Source: Lytechinus pictus
Lineage: Eukaryota
Reading direction: 5' to 3'
Length of the DNA stretch: 64,000 nucleotides
Assembly (NCBI RefSeq): GCF_037042905.1
Contig: NW_026974140.1
Location: forward strand, 1,118,001 to 1,182,000
Shown: positions 52,540-64,000 of the stretch, one piece after another
Position numbering within the stretch: the first letter of the stretch is position 1
How the letters are laid out: every line of letters begins with the position of its first letter
The notes under the pieces: generated by a model
The model's input: the letters and a program-made list of their open reading frames with translations, nothing else
Database searches by the model: none
Told to the model about the DNA's origin: nothing
Made by a program: the position numbers and the translations under genes

Positions 52540-53440
52540 AATTTGGCGCCCACCCCCCTCCCTTGGTTAATTGAACCTGAATTTGGCGCACCAGGACAAA
52601 AATAAAATAGGCGCCCGCGTGTGGTGAACATCCATTAGGCACCCCCTAGGTTGAACATCAATTCGGCACCCCCCTATGTCAAACATCGATTCGGCAACCC
52701 TATGAAAAATATCGATTCGGCGCCCCCTCGGTGCCCCTATGTCCTATGTCGAACTTAACATCTTAGCATCTTAGCATCTATACGGCGCCCTGAGGTAAAA
52801 CATTAATTCGCCCCCCCCCCCCTCCACCTAGGTTGAACATCAATTTGCCACCCCCTAGGTTGAACATCAATTCGGCGCCCCCCTATGTCAAACATCAATT
52901 CGGCAACACTATGGAAAATATCGATTCGGCGCCCCAGCCCCTAGTTTGAACATCAATTCGGCGCCCCCTCGGTGCCCCTATGTCGAACTTCAATGCGGCC
53001 CCCTCTTATGTCGAGCATCTATACGGCGCCCTGGGGTAAAACATTAATTCGCCCCCCCCCCCTCCACCTAGGTTGAACATCAATTTGCCACCCCCTAGGT
53101 TGAACATCAATTCGGCGCCCCCCTATGTCAAACATCAATTCGGCAACACTATGGAAAATATCGATTCGGCGCCCCAGCCCCTAGTTTGAACATCAATTCG
53201 GCGCCCCCTCGGTGCCCCTATGTCGAACTTCAATGCGGCCCCTCCTATGTGGAACATCTATACGGCGCCCCGAGGTAAAACATTAATTCGCCCCCCCACC
53301 TAGGCTGAACATCAATTGGCACCCCCTAGGTCGAATAACTATTCGGCTCCCCTATCTATGTTGGACTTAAATTCGGCGCCCCTATGGGTCGATTATCAAT
53401 TGGGCGCCCCCCCTCCCTAGGGCGAACATTAATTCGGCGC
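52540..53440 (+). repeat. Minisatellite (aacatcaattcggcgcccc) with a 240-bp higher-order duplication
   Basis: Units of about 30 bp. 52800-53000 is nearly identical to 53040-53240. Confidence 0.9.
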
Positions 53441-55888
53441 TCCCCTTTCGCTCTTTTGTTTTCCTCCTCTCTTTCTTTCCCCCTTTTCTCTTTCTCTTCT
53501 TCTTTCCCTCATTTTTTCTCCCCTTTTCTCCCTATTTTTGGCGCCCCTTTTTCGCCTACCCAGGGGGGGGGTGTGCCCCAAGGGCCCTCGAATACGCGCA
53601 TGGTGGAGCTACAGATATAGAGAAATAAGGACAAAGATGTAATGAAAATATAAGAACTCTTGAAATATTTTACATTTTCTAGGCAAACAAGAATCCAAAG
53701 CGTATAAATAATGCCCGGCTGAATAGACCTCCATTTGCATCCTGTTTGATATGCTCGCGTTTAAATAAAATTTCCGACAAGTTCCATTGCAGGCTAAATA
53801 AAGGGCAAAAGCATAAGTTTTTTCTTTGAGAGGGGGGAATGACGATAAATAGAAATACCAGCAAGTGCGATGGGTGATAATCAGGGGCGGCGGAACGTAT
53901 TTCATTTGGGGGGCAAAAGAGGGCACTTATATGTATTTTTTATGCAATTGAAATTTTCACCATGAGATTATCATCTGCGTTAAATAGTTGTGCGTTTTAT
54001 AGTAATTAAGGTGAGCAAAGCCTTTTTGAAGTCTTTTCTGATTGATTAAATATGTAATCAGGCTTTATTTTTCCCGGGAGCGAGCGTAGCAAGCAAGCGG
54101 TTTGGAAAAATTTTCAAATCTGAAGTTGTGAAACTCGCTTTTTGGTCAATTATTACCGCGCAAATTATTGTTAAAAGAGCATCCTTGCGAGATGGTGTGA
54201 GCGCAAATCGCGGGCTCAAAATTTTGGACATTGCATGTACTAATAAGACCTGAAAATCAAACATTCCGAGCAATTGTTTTTGTTATCATGAAAAAGATGG
54301 GTATCTAACTGAATAATGGACGCGAGTGCGATATTCCAACCTGAAAACTGGACAATCTAAGCACTTTTTGAAACCAATAAATAATAATTGATGCGAGCGC
54401 GAGTCGAAAATTTGTGATATTTTAACCTGATGGACATTCTAAGTTTTGAAACCAAGAATAAACAATAAATGATGCAAGCGGAAAGCGCGAGCTGAAAATT
54501 TGTGATATTCAAACTTGAAAATTGAACATTGTAAGCAGAAGTTGTAACCAAAACACTTGCACCCCTCTCCCAAAAAAAATCCCAGTAGGGAAAAAATGGA
54601 AAGTGCCCTTCTTTCAAAATGATGTGAGTGCGAAGCGCGAGCCAAAAATTTTGTGATTTTCTAACCTAAAATGTATTGTTTGACTTCAAAAAAGGTATTT
54701 TATTTTGAAAAGGGGCACACATCATTTTGAAAGAAGGGCACTTTCCATTTTGAAAAAAAAAAAAAATTCCTACTGGGATTTTTTTTTGGGGGGTGCAAGT
54801 GCTCTCTGCCCCCCCCCCCCCCCCCCCCCCGGTGCTAATATGGCCTCGGGTTATAATTTTTAATGTAAGTTGAAACTGGTATTAACAAAAAAATTTGGTT
54901 TGACTGCATCAAATTTTGATAACGATGGTTTTCTTTAAAATATATATTTTTTACCATTTCGATCCATGACATGTTTGCATTTATTTTGTTATTGTCCGTT
55001 GACATGCCCAGCGCTTAGAAGTCGTGCCAAAACGTGATTTTGCATAGAGCACATTCGCTGAACCATCGCTGAATAACAAAGAAATGGAAGACCCCTTCCC
55101 CAAATAATTCCGCCTAGCTGTATGTCCTCGATATATCTCTCCATGATACGTACGCAATTTTATTCGCCAAGCCCAGAGGACCAAGGAGGAGTGGGGTGAA
55201 GGGGGAGGCACCCAGGAGACGTCATCATCAATTTCACTGAGAAAACCGTACTAAAGTTTTGGTCACAAAGTTGGACAAAGTCAAACGTGATACTTGTTTA
55301 GTATATACTACCATAACAAGTTGAAAAGAAAAATACAAAGAAAAACTTTCGGGGGGGGGGGATAATCGATGTTACATAAACATCAATTGCTTATAATATA
55401 CAGGCCTGACGTACCGGTATCATAGGCGGATCCAGGAGGCCAACGGGGCGCCCCACCCTATTGGCGGCGCATAATAGGGGGAAAGAAAGGGAAACAAGTA
55501 ATAGAATGGAAAGCAGAGGGTGGGGAGAGAAGAAAAAATATAAGGGGGAAGAATGAATAAAATAAGGTGAGGGTAATTCAGACTTTGGGGGGGGGGAACC
55601 ATGTCACTGCATAAAACAATCTAGCCCGCGCTTCGTGTTCGCATTGCCTCAGTTTCGATGGAATATCTATTTATCATTATATCAATAGGCCTACCTATTA
55701 ATTTATTTATTCATTCAGTCATATTTAAAAAGGTTCGCAAGATCAGAGTTGTAATTACTGTTTTTTTCATCTTGGTCCTTTTATAATAAAACATAGTAAA
55801 ATAGCGATTACAATAAAAAGGTATTATTCATATCAAATTAAAGAAATATCAGCTGATCAATGTAAACAAAAACAGGCCTTAGTAAAAC

Positions 55889-55911
55889 CATGGACCTATT
55901 ATAGGTCCATG
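55889..55911. mobile_element. 23-bp palindromic mini-element with 7-bp TSD (P-superfamily-like ends)
   Basis: gtaaaac-CATGGACCTAT-T-ATAGGTCCATG-gtaaaac. The direct repeats are at 55882-55888 and 55912-55918. Confidence 0.6.
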
Positions 55912-57599
55912 GTAAAACAAACAAGGGAACTACCATTTACTAATTCAAATGCTTGAGCGCCTACTAGGTAGCCAAGCTAAAGCCGGGGTATTAGCATGGC
56001 CCGCTGGGAGAACAGTTTACGGAACTGAAGTGGCTACCCAGTGCACCATAGGCCCTACGTACCGTTATGATTATTTTGTTTTATTATGATTAATCTTCAG
56101 AGGCAGATCTAGGATTTTCCAAAGGGGGGGGGCACATTTTCCCGAGGAAAATTTAACAAAAAAAAAAAAAATGGTTAGAACGATAGATTTTTACATAAGA
56201 AATATTGATTGTGCCTCTGAAGGGGGGGGGGGCGGGGGGCACAGCCGGCCCGTGCTGCATGGATCCGTCAATTTTCAGGACACAATACACGATTTCCGAA
56301 AATTTTACCTCGCGCTCGCATTTTTTATAGGGCTTATGAGTAACTGTTACGACTATATAGATACAAACAAATAGCTTTGAGCTGCGGATCGATCGGGGAA
56401 AATATTTTTCAACCCCCTCCCTCTTTATTAGTGAAAGCTGGATCCGCCCCTGGATATTGTAAAAAAAAAACACTATAGGCCACGCGGTATTTGTCCAATT
56501 TAATTGATAAATACGTCGAGGCAGTATATTGACGAATTCAGTGGTGGAGAGCTATATGACACACAAAGCAAATAACGAAATTGGTGGCCAAGCTAGTTCA
56601 ATACAAAATGATTTCTAATTTTTCCTTAAAAAAAAATGTAGCATAGGCCTATTATTTAAACAATTAAGAAATTACAACGTATATTACTACACGTGATAAT
56701 AATGAACAAATCAAAATACAGAACCTGAAGAAAATGATAACAATTCAGTGAATCGGAAACAAAACAAAAATACATATAAAAAACTAGAAAAATATAATAA
56801 ATAAGAATATAGCCCTTTCTCTCCCTTTCGCAAGCACCGTTCTCCCCTCCCTCCATACCCTGGAGAAATAGAGAAACAATACAGATCAACGAAGCAAAGA
56901 TAAAAGCAAGGAAAAAGCCGTCAGACTTTGTTTTCAATGTACACGCTTTCTACGAAATGCAATAGAAACCGGGAAAGAAACCCGTGCATTCACGGTGTAC
57001 AGACTCCGTACCCGTCCATGCGTCCGTACCGTGCATCGGCACTGCACTTGATTGAGACTCGCGCAGAGGCGAGAGCTAGAGATATGAATATTCATGAGCA
57101 GTTATTGATGTCATTTGGTCTCAAGGTGGCGCTCTTCATTTTTTATGTTAGTTCAAAAAATAAATATAAAAAAAGCTCACTCGGCAAATCTTCTCATCTT
57201 TATATATTTTTTTGAGAATAAAAACAGTTCTTTCTGGCCAATGCAATACATTGTATGGACTCAGAACTTGTTTATGAATATTGTGGAAAGCAAAGAGTGA
57301 AATTTAAAAGAAAGTTTTGAAATAAACCAATGACACAATTTACCTTTAAGTCCCTTTTGAAGACATTCCTTTTCGTAAAAAAAGATATTTATGTACATAC
57401 TAATTGATTATATATTTGCTCCTCTGTAAAAGGCTTTTCTTTCTTCTCCATTCTTTCTAAAGCGCATAGAGACATGATTATATCATCGTTATATGCGCTA
57501 TATAAGCAATGTTTTATCAATATTATCATTATTATTAACTATATCTATTTGGAGTCAGCAGCGCCCTCGTTTGGCAAGAATGGTGCAAAAACTCGGAAA

Positions 57600-58830
57600 A
57601 AACAAATCTTCAAAGACGTCAAATCTACTCAAAAATTAAAAAAGTATTTTGTAAGCTGCACTTTTTTCAAAATCCATGTCATTTTCATCAAATTCGGCTA
57701 AATTGTAGAGGAATGCATATTAAAGGTGTAGGGAAGTTAACAATTTTGAGTCAATGTGCTCGTTTTTTAACTATGAGTGTCCAAAGTGATGCGAGTTGGC
57801 TTGAAACAGCCAAAAATGCGCCCAAAACGTGCAAAAAACTAATAATGCGGACTAAAATGCGAATGGTTCCTTAGTTTTGCCCCCCAAACATTCAAAATCC
57901 ATGTCATTTTCATCATACTCTCTAGATTTGTAGAAGAATATATTTTGAGGACATTAAAATACTAAAAATGTGGGGTCCATGTGCTCGTTTTTAAACTATT
58001 GATGTCCCAAATGTTGCAAGTTGGCTTGAAAATCGCCTAAAAAGCGCCGAAAACATGCAAAAGTCTCTTAATACCCTCTAAAATGCATATGGTTCCATAT
58101 TTCGCTCCCAAACATTTAAAATCTATGTCATTTTCATCATACTCTCTAGATTTGTAGAAGAATATATTTTAAAGGCATTAAAATCTTAAAAATATGGGGT
58201 TCATGTGCTCGTTCTTAAACTATCAGTGTCCAAAATGTTGCGAGTTGGCTTGAAAATATTGAAATCCACCTAAAATGCACCGAAAACGTGCAAAAGTCTA
58301 TTAATACCGTCTAAAATGCGAATAGTTCCGTAGTTTTGCTCCCAAACATTCAAAATCCATGTCATTTTCATCATACTCTCTAGATTTACAGAGGAATATA
58401 TTCTGATGACGTTAAGATATAACAAACATGGGGTCCATGTGCTCGTTTTTAAGCTATTAGTGTCTAAACTTTTCGAATTGGCTTGAAACAGCCCAAAATG
58501 CGCCGGAAACAAGTAAAAGTCTGATAATACCGTCCAAAATGTCTACAATACGAATGGTTCCGTAGTTCTGCTCCCAAGCATTCAAAATCCATGTAATTTT
58601 CATCATACTCTCTAGATTTGTAGAGGAATATATTCTGAAGACGTTAAAATATTAAAATATGGGGTCCATGCGCTCGTTTTTAAACTATCAGTGTCCAAAG
58701 TATTGCGAGTTGGCTTGAAACAGCCCAAAATGCGCTGAAAACAAGCAAAAGTCTGTTAATACAGTTTAAAATGCAAGTGGTTCCGCAGTCTTGCTCCCAA
58801 ATATTGAAAATCCATGTCGTTTTCATCATA
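57600..58830 (+). repeat. About 225-234-bp tandem array inside the TAAGG-family element
   Basis: aaaatc(c/t)atgt...tttcatca at 57669, 57894, 58118, 58352, 58584 and 58807. Confidence 0.9.
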
Positions 58831-59806
58831 CTTTGCACATAGATACTTTAGCACCTGAATATTCCAAATATGCAAAAATTAACATGGGTCCATATGCTTG
58901 ATTTTTTGCTATAGAGCTTAAAAGTTAACCCAAAATGGATGATGTTCTTCTTAAGTATTGCGCATCCAAAAGAATTTGGCATTTTTAGACCTCACGAGAT
59001 CACAGCATTGAGTTTAAAGCCCTATTACTCAGTCAAAATCCATGAAAATTTCATCAAATTTTGCAATATGATTAATAATTGCATCCGTGAGATGGATAAT
59101 TGATCTATATTGCTGTCAATTGTTTGCTCATTTAAGTCTAACAACTTTCTCAGTTCTTAGAAATTGCGAGAAAGATGATCAACCTCAAAAATTTCAAATT
59201 TCAATAACAAACTTGAGAAGTCAAAAAAATGCTGCACTTTATTCAAAATCTGTGTCATTTTCACAAAACTTTGCAAAGTTGTAGAGGAGTGTATGCAACA
59301 TTAAAAAATATGGGTTCATGTGCTTGTTTTTAAACTATCAGCACTCTTATTAGAGCAAATTTGCTTCTTAAAACACCCGAAAACGCGCCAAAAGCAGTAT
59401 CTTACATGTGAGGAAAAATTCCGAACCACTTTTTCATTTATTCATACTCGGGGTCATATTCATCATACTTTGCAGCACTACAGAGAAACTATTTTGAAAT
59501 TGTAGAGGAATAAAAAAAAATGGTCCATGGAATATTTCTAGTGTATTAGCTTCATAAAATAAGACATCAGGGGGGAGTTTTATGAAAGGACTTGTCGGAC
59601 GTTTTATCCGACAAGTCCCATTTTATCCGACAACTTTTATTCGTCCGACAACTTTCCATTTCATGAAACTTTGTCGGATGAAAAATCCGACAAGTGCTCT
59701 AATTTGATCCGACAAGTATCTTGAATTTGGTCGGTCACCCTTTACCTACCGACAAATGCCAATTTCATCCGACAAGTCAAAATTTCATCCGACAAGTCCA
59801 CTGCCT

Positions 59807-60163
59807 ATGACAACCAAGATAGCGTTAGTGAATGCTATGGTTGGAGCCGCTCTGCATAGGGAGCGTGTTTTTCGCGACAGATCCAATCCTTTTGAACTGT
59901 ACGATGACAGAGATATGTTCAGAAAATACCGATTCACCAGAGATGGTGTAAGCTTCATCATTGATTATATTGGAGATGAATTGAAACACAATACTAAAAG
60001 GAGTAATGCACTGACCCCAGCACTGCAAATTTTTGTAGCACTGAGGTTCTATGCCACGGGATATGTGATGGATAGTTCAGCCACTATCCACGGCTGCAGT
60101 AGATCAACAGCATCAAGAGTCATAAGAAGGGTGACACTTGCTTTGTGCTCTAAAAGAGATGAG
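59807..60163 (+). CDS. Harbinger/HARBI1-like DDE transposase, exon 1 (N-terminal HTH region)
   Basis: RERVFRDRSNPFELYDD..MFRKYRF...RSNALTPALQIFVALRFYATG...HGCSRSTASRVIRRVTLAL is a typical HARBI1-like N-terminus. 119 open codons end at GAG|gtaagt. Confidence 0.9.
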
Positions 60164-60782
60164 GTAAGTTCTTAATTGTCCTTTTCTATTAATTTGGATC
60201 TAGTTCTACTACGTCGTACGTAGAGACAGTCTAACTTTGGCCATCATGAATAAAAAAGTTTTTTTTACTTAGATCTAGTCTCTAGAATACACTAAGTAAG
60301 TTATATAGTGGGGTCCTAAAATATTGAAAAGTCATGATCCTGAGAGCAAGATTGATATAGGGCCTAATGTATTTCGTTCATTTTATTTCTTTTTCTTTCA
60401 AGTCGATATGGGGGAAAGAAGAGTGCGATTGACCATCGTCATCGATCGATCGCACTCACTTCTCGTTGCACCGCACAGCCTTCACTTCAGTCCCATACAT
60501 ACCAAATATTGTTGGCGATTGTATGTCGTCTGCAAACACAAAAGTCAATAGTATTGTCAATACAACTCGCTCACTCGTAATTACTGTACGTCCATGTCTG
60601 CAAGACTGCAGCTGTTTGCGTCCAAAAACTCCAAATATTTCAAGTTAGATAAAAACAGTTGATATGCCTAGAGATCTGTATTACTTACATCAGTTTATGA
60701 ACATTTTGGAAGGTCATTCTTCAATTAAGCCGAAGTTCTAACAGTTCTCAGAGAACGGAAGACTGTCGTGACCACAACTGTA

Positions 60783-61251
60783 TAGGTTCCACGAGCCTAA
60801 TTACATCAGGAGGGCTAAAGATATTCGTTCGACCCAACCCATTCGAATTTTTGTCAATTTGATATTGCTGATTGACCAAAATGTATGAATGTGATTCAAA
60901 ATCTAACACTGATTCTAGAAATGGTAACTACTGGACTTACTTCGCCCAAATTGGGAAGATAAATAAGTAATTTGGAACTATTTTTTGACTGGCGGAATAA
61001 TTAGGGCTATTTTACTGTTTCAGTTGATGAATTCGATCGATTCATAGTTATCTTCATAAATGGCGATTTAATTTTAAAATGAGCTGGCTACGGTACCCTT
61101 TCCTGGTCAGATTTGGAATGTCAGATATATATCCTATCCATTGGTAGTAAACATTCCACCCTCTAATTTCACATTTATTTTTTATGAATTTTTCAAAAGT
61201 GCCATTTTAACACACAAGTCTATGGGGAACGTTTTACGCGCGTGACACCTG
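60783..61251 (+). mobile_element. TA-flanked MITE, copy 1
   Basis: ta-taggttccacgagc ... cgcgtgacacctg-ta. Nearly identical to 62230-62698. Confidence 0.8.
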
Positions 61252-62229
61252 TAAGTAATATGGGAAATCCCTAGTAGTGGATGGAATACCTGGCCAAACT
61301 CTTCAGTAGCAAACAATTTCTCACTGATATCAATATGTTTAGTCATCAGAAGTGGTGCAAAAAAATGGATTTAATGGCTAGCAGGGCTACATCAGGTAAA
61401 GTTAGTAGGTCTGTGTAGCCTAGGAATGTATATGTATATTGGTCAATGTATAGAGTCAAGGCCTCTTTATGTTCTGATTTATCATTGTTTTGTGTTAGTG
61501 TACATCACCTACTTAGCATTAGAAAGACCTTTAGAAATTCATCATGTTAAAATTGTTCTTAGGAAGGGGGTAGGTAGAGAGGAGATAGAACTTTGAGAAC
61601 TTTACTAAAGAGAACTAGAGTGGTGCCTTCAAGAAGGTATTTAGAAAGGGGCACAGAGTAAGGTAAGGTATCTAATAGTGCTCAACTAAGGAGGGAGGGG
61701 GGGCTGTGTGCTGCAATCTTAGTATAGCCCCCCCCCCCTCTTTATTAAGCCATGCCATCTATAAAATTATTTTTCTTTCTCTCTCTCTCTCTCTCTCTCT
61801 CTATGTATCTCTTCCTTCTTACATCTGAGAGGCAACAGCCCTAGGAAGATTTTGAATAGGTCAAATGCAAATATACTAAAGTAGTATCTCATTCTTTTAT
61901 TGTTTCCTCATCCAATCTCATGTATATTTGGTAATTATGTTTGGGACAGTTCTGGTATCCTGATATCTACACAGAATTTACATACACTTTTATATTACAA
62001 TTGATAGGGACCTATATTGTCATTGCATTCACTGTTGGGCTATATGCAGGTAGGATTTGTATACATCCATAAATAGTGAAAATAACATGTATGGGTAACA
62101 CATTAAAATGGGTCATTGCATAGAAAATAGGAATTTTCAATGTATTTCTTTGTGCTAGTGTGAGTGTACAGATATAAAAGAATAGAAAAGTAGCTATTCA
62201 AAAAAATAAAATACATAAGTCACATAATA

Positions 62230-62698
62230 TAGGTTCCACGAGCCTAATTACATCAGGAGGGCTAAAGATATTCGTTCGACCCAACCCATTCGAATTTTTG
62301 TCAATTTGATATTGCTGATTGACAAAAATGTATGAATGTGATTCAAAATCTAACACTGATTCTAGAAATGGTAACTACTGGACTTACTTCGCCCAAATTG
62401 GGAAGATAAATAAGTAATTTGGAACTATTTTTTGACTGGCGGAATAATTAGGACTATTTTACTGTTTCAGTTGATGAATTCGATCGATTCATAGTTATCT
62501 TCATAAATGGCGATTTATTTTTAAAATGAGCTGGCTACGGTACCCTTTCCTGGTCAGATTTGGAATGTCAGATATATATCCTATCCATTGGTAGTAAACA
62601 TTCCACCCTCTAATTTCACATTTATTTTTTATGAATTTTTCAAAAGTGCCATTTTAACACACAAGTCTATGGGGAACGTTTTACGCGCGTGACACCTA
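62230..62698 (+). mobile_element. TA-flanked MITE, copy 2
   Basis: ta-taggttccacgagc ... cgcgtgacaccta-ta. Only a few differences from copy 1. Confidence 0.8.
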
Positions 62699-64000
62699 TA
62701 CCGTACTGTTAACATTTTGTCCAGGGTTGTTTACACATGGTCGAAAGCTGGCGGCATTTCGAAGAATATTTCAATGTCGTTTCGGGCCGCAGTGGAATAC
62801 TTCAGAAATAATGATAAAAATTATATTTTAAACAAATCCTGGGAGGTTGATACACCTAATTTTGTACCTGCATGCCTTTTGATCTTGTGTTTTAATGACG
62901 ACATATCTCAAACAAATGCATATTTCTCTACAAAGCATTTGTATAACTGGTTTCTCATAAGACAAAACAAATTGAAATACAGCATTTATTTCTCATGAAC
63001 AACTAAATCCACAACCCTTGCAAGCAGGGGTGAACCCCCGTAAATTTTTGTTGGGTATGCTACTTTTGGGAAGATTAAAAATCACCTTCATTTGGTAGTC
63101 ATTAAATACCACTTTTCCTTCTTTTTTCTTTTTGGCTTGTCAATTTTTTTTTAAGTTGACAGAAATCAACTTTATTCTATGAATATGAAGACCCCCTTCT
63201 GGGGGGGGTGGGGGTTCTCACAATTTTCTTTTCCCTTTCTTTTTAATTTAGACGGGGTGGGGTGGCACAGTTAGCCAAATTTGAGGGGCCCGATTTGTGT
63301 AGGCCTATGGGGTAAAAAAAAATTGAACCCGCAAAGCGAACTAGCAAAAATTTTGACATTTCGATATAAATAAAATTTTTGATGCATTTTTACATTTAAA
63401 AAACCATCATATTCACCCTTCTTCCTTCTCTTTTTTCTACCCTCCTTTTGATCATGAAACTTCTGGGGTCCATGGCCCCAAGACCTTATATTTAGGCCAA
63501 TATCTCCATATCTCCCTCTGGATCGACACCTATGATGGCGACAGTGATGATCATGATTGATGTTGATTGATTATAATCCTATCCCACCCTCAATTTTAAA
63601 TCAATTTTGATATGTTGGATAATTAAACAAAAAATATTTGTTTAATGGTTAACGATGCTAATTCTCGAATAAAGCAGTTATTTCTAATATGAAATGAGAA
63701 ATACTGATGCAGTTATAATTAGAGAAGGTAGAAGCAAGATAACTAAAGAAATTAGTGAACAGGCAGTGGGGAGAAATATTCTCAATAGCCCTTTATGAAA
63801 AAGATCCAACATTGGTGGATCAAAAAGCTGCATTCTCTATATCTTGGAAAGTTATTATTCATATTTATATGGTTTGTTAGATATGTAAATCTACATGTTA
63901 CAAGTTAATTATGTTCTTAAAAAAACTCAATGATTTTTTTCTTATTTCAAAACTTATAAAAAGATGAACATATCAACTGTAGAAGATGTGAACATTTTTA

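Larger units (their letters stand above)
50667..53602. mobile_element. TIR element carrying two satellite arrays
   Basis: TIR catgcgcgtat / atacgcgcatg enclosing the 51030-52530 and 52540-53440 arrays. Confidence 0.65.
46018..57345. mobile_element. 11.3-kb Kolobok-like TTAA element inserted near the LINE C-terminus
   Basis: TTAA at 46014-46017 and 57346-57349. Imperfect TIR aggtatagtgtatgattggttaat / ataaaccaatgacacaatttacct. Subterminal tcatgcatattcat / atgaatattcatga. Removal restores ESF-KSLLKTFLF. Confidence 0.85.
38690..57540 (+). mobile_element. Near-full-length L2/CR1-group LINE (2A-like + APE endonuclease + RT), split by three nested insertions
   Basis: GDIHPNPGP, WNARSI, AITETWL, IAGDLNFH, GHTLDII and SDH (39169-40270); 41419-41522; HAP..PWF, LLLLDYSSAFDTI, VPQGSVVGP, YADDTQ and HITPILQELHWLPV (44144-46017); FKSLLKTFLF, then a gcgcata...tatgcgc stem and (att)n tail (57346-57537). 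Stops at 39100, 39460 and 44682, an RT deletion at about 44882 and a frameshift at about 45265 show it is inactive. Confidence 0.9.
59571..64000 (+). mobile_element. Left part of a transposase-encoding PIF/Harbinger transposon (right end not seen in the window)
   Basis: cag + gggggagttttatgaaag terminus and a dense subterminal ccgacaa/ttgtcgg array (59591-59797), directly followed by the transposase exon. Confidence 0.75.

Noticed and set aside
51030..53440. CRISPR-like regular repeats
   Set aside because: The intervening sequences are homologous to each other rather than unique spacers, there are no cas genes, and the context is eukaryotic. These are satellites.
60781..62700. LTR retrotransposon/TRIM formed by the two 470-bp direct repeats
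   Set aside because: No TG...CA ends, primer-binding site or outer 4-6-bp TSD. Each copy has its own short TIRs and TA flanks.

Overview
AT-rich eukaryotic genomic DNA. The repeat families, GT-AG introns and 2A-bearing LINE suggest a marine invertebrate, probably a sea urchin (inference). No intact host gene, rRNA, tRNA gene or CRISPR array is evident. The window is almost entirely a deep nest of transposable elements that can be reconstructed from terminal inverted repeats (TIRs), target-site duplications (TSDs) and restored reading frames. (1) A 17.4-kb element with long TIRs, TAGG...CCTA ends and a TAA TSD (Academ-like, 19428-36809). It carries decayed minus-strand exons, two Vingi/Ingi-like LINE fragments and a SINE. 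An 8.5-kb PIF/Harbinger-like element (ATG TSD) with a spliced Myb/SANT-like exon sits inside its right TIR, and its left end was tandemly duplicated. (2) A near-full-length L2/CR1-group LINE (about 38690-57540) with an in-frame 2A-like GDIHPNPGP motif. It is split by three DNA-transposon insertions, including an 11.3-kb TTAA Kolobok-like element, and removing each one restores the frame. (3) The left end of an intron-containing Harbinger transposase element (59571 onward). The window also holds Helentron-type HINEs with internal satellites, many MITEs, two apparent templated insertions, a 23-bp palindromic mini-element with a 7-bp TSD, and a frameshifted terminal exon at 2216-2704. All family assignments come from termini and motifs read by eye, not from database searches.
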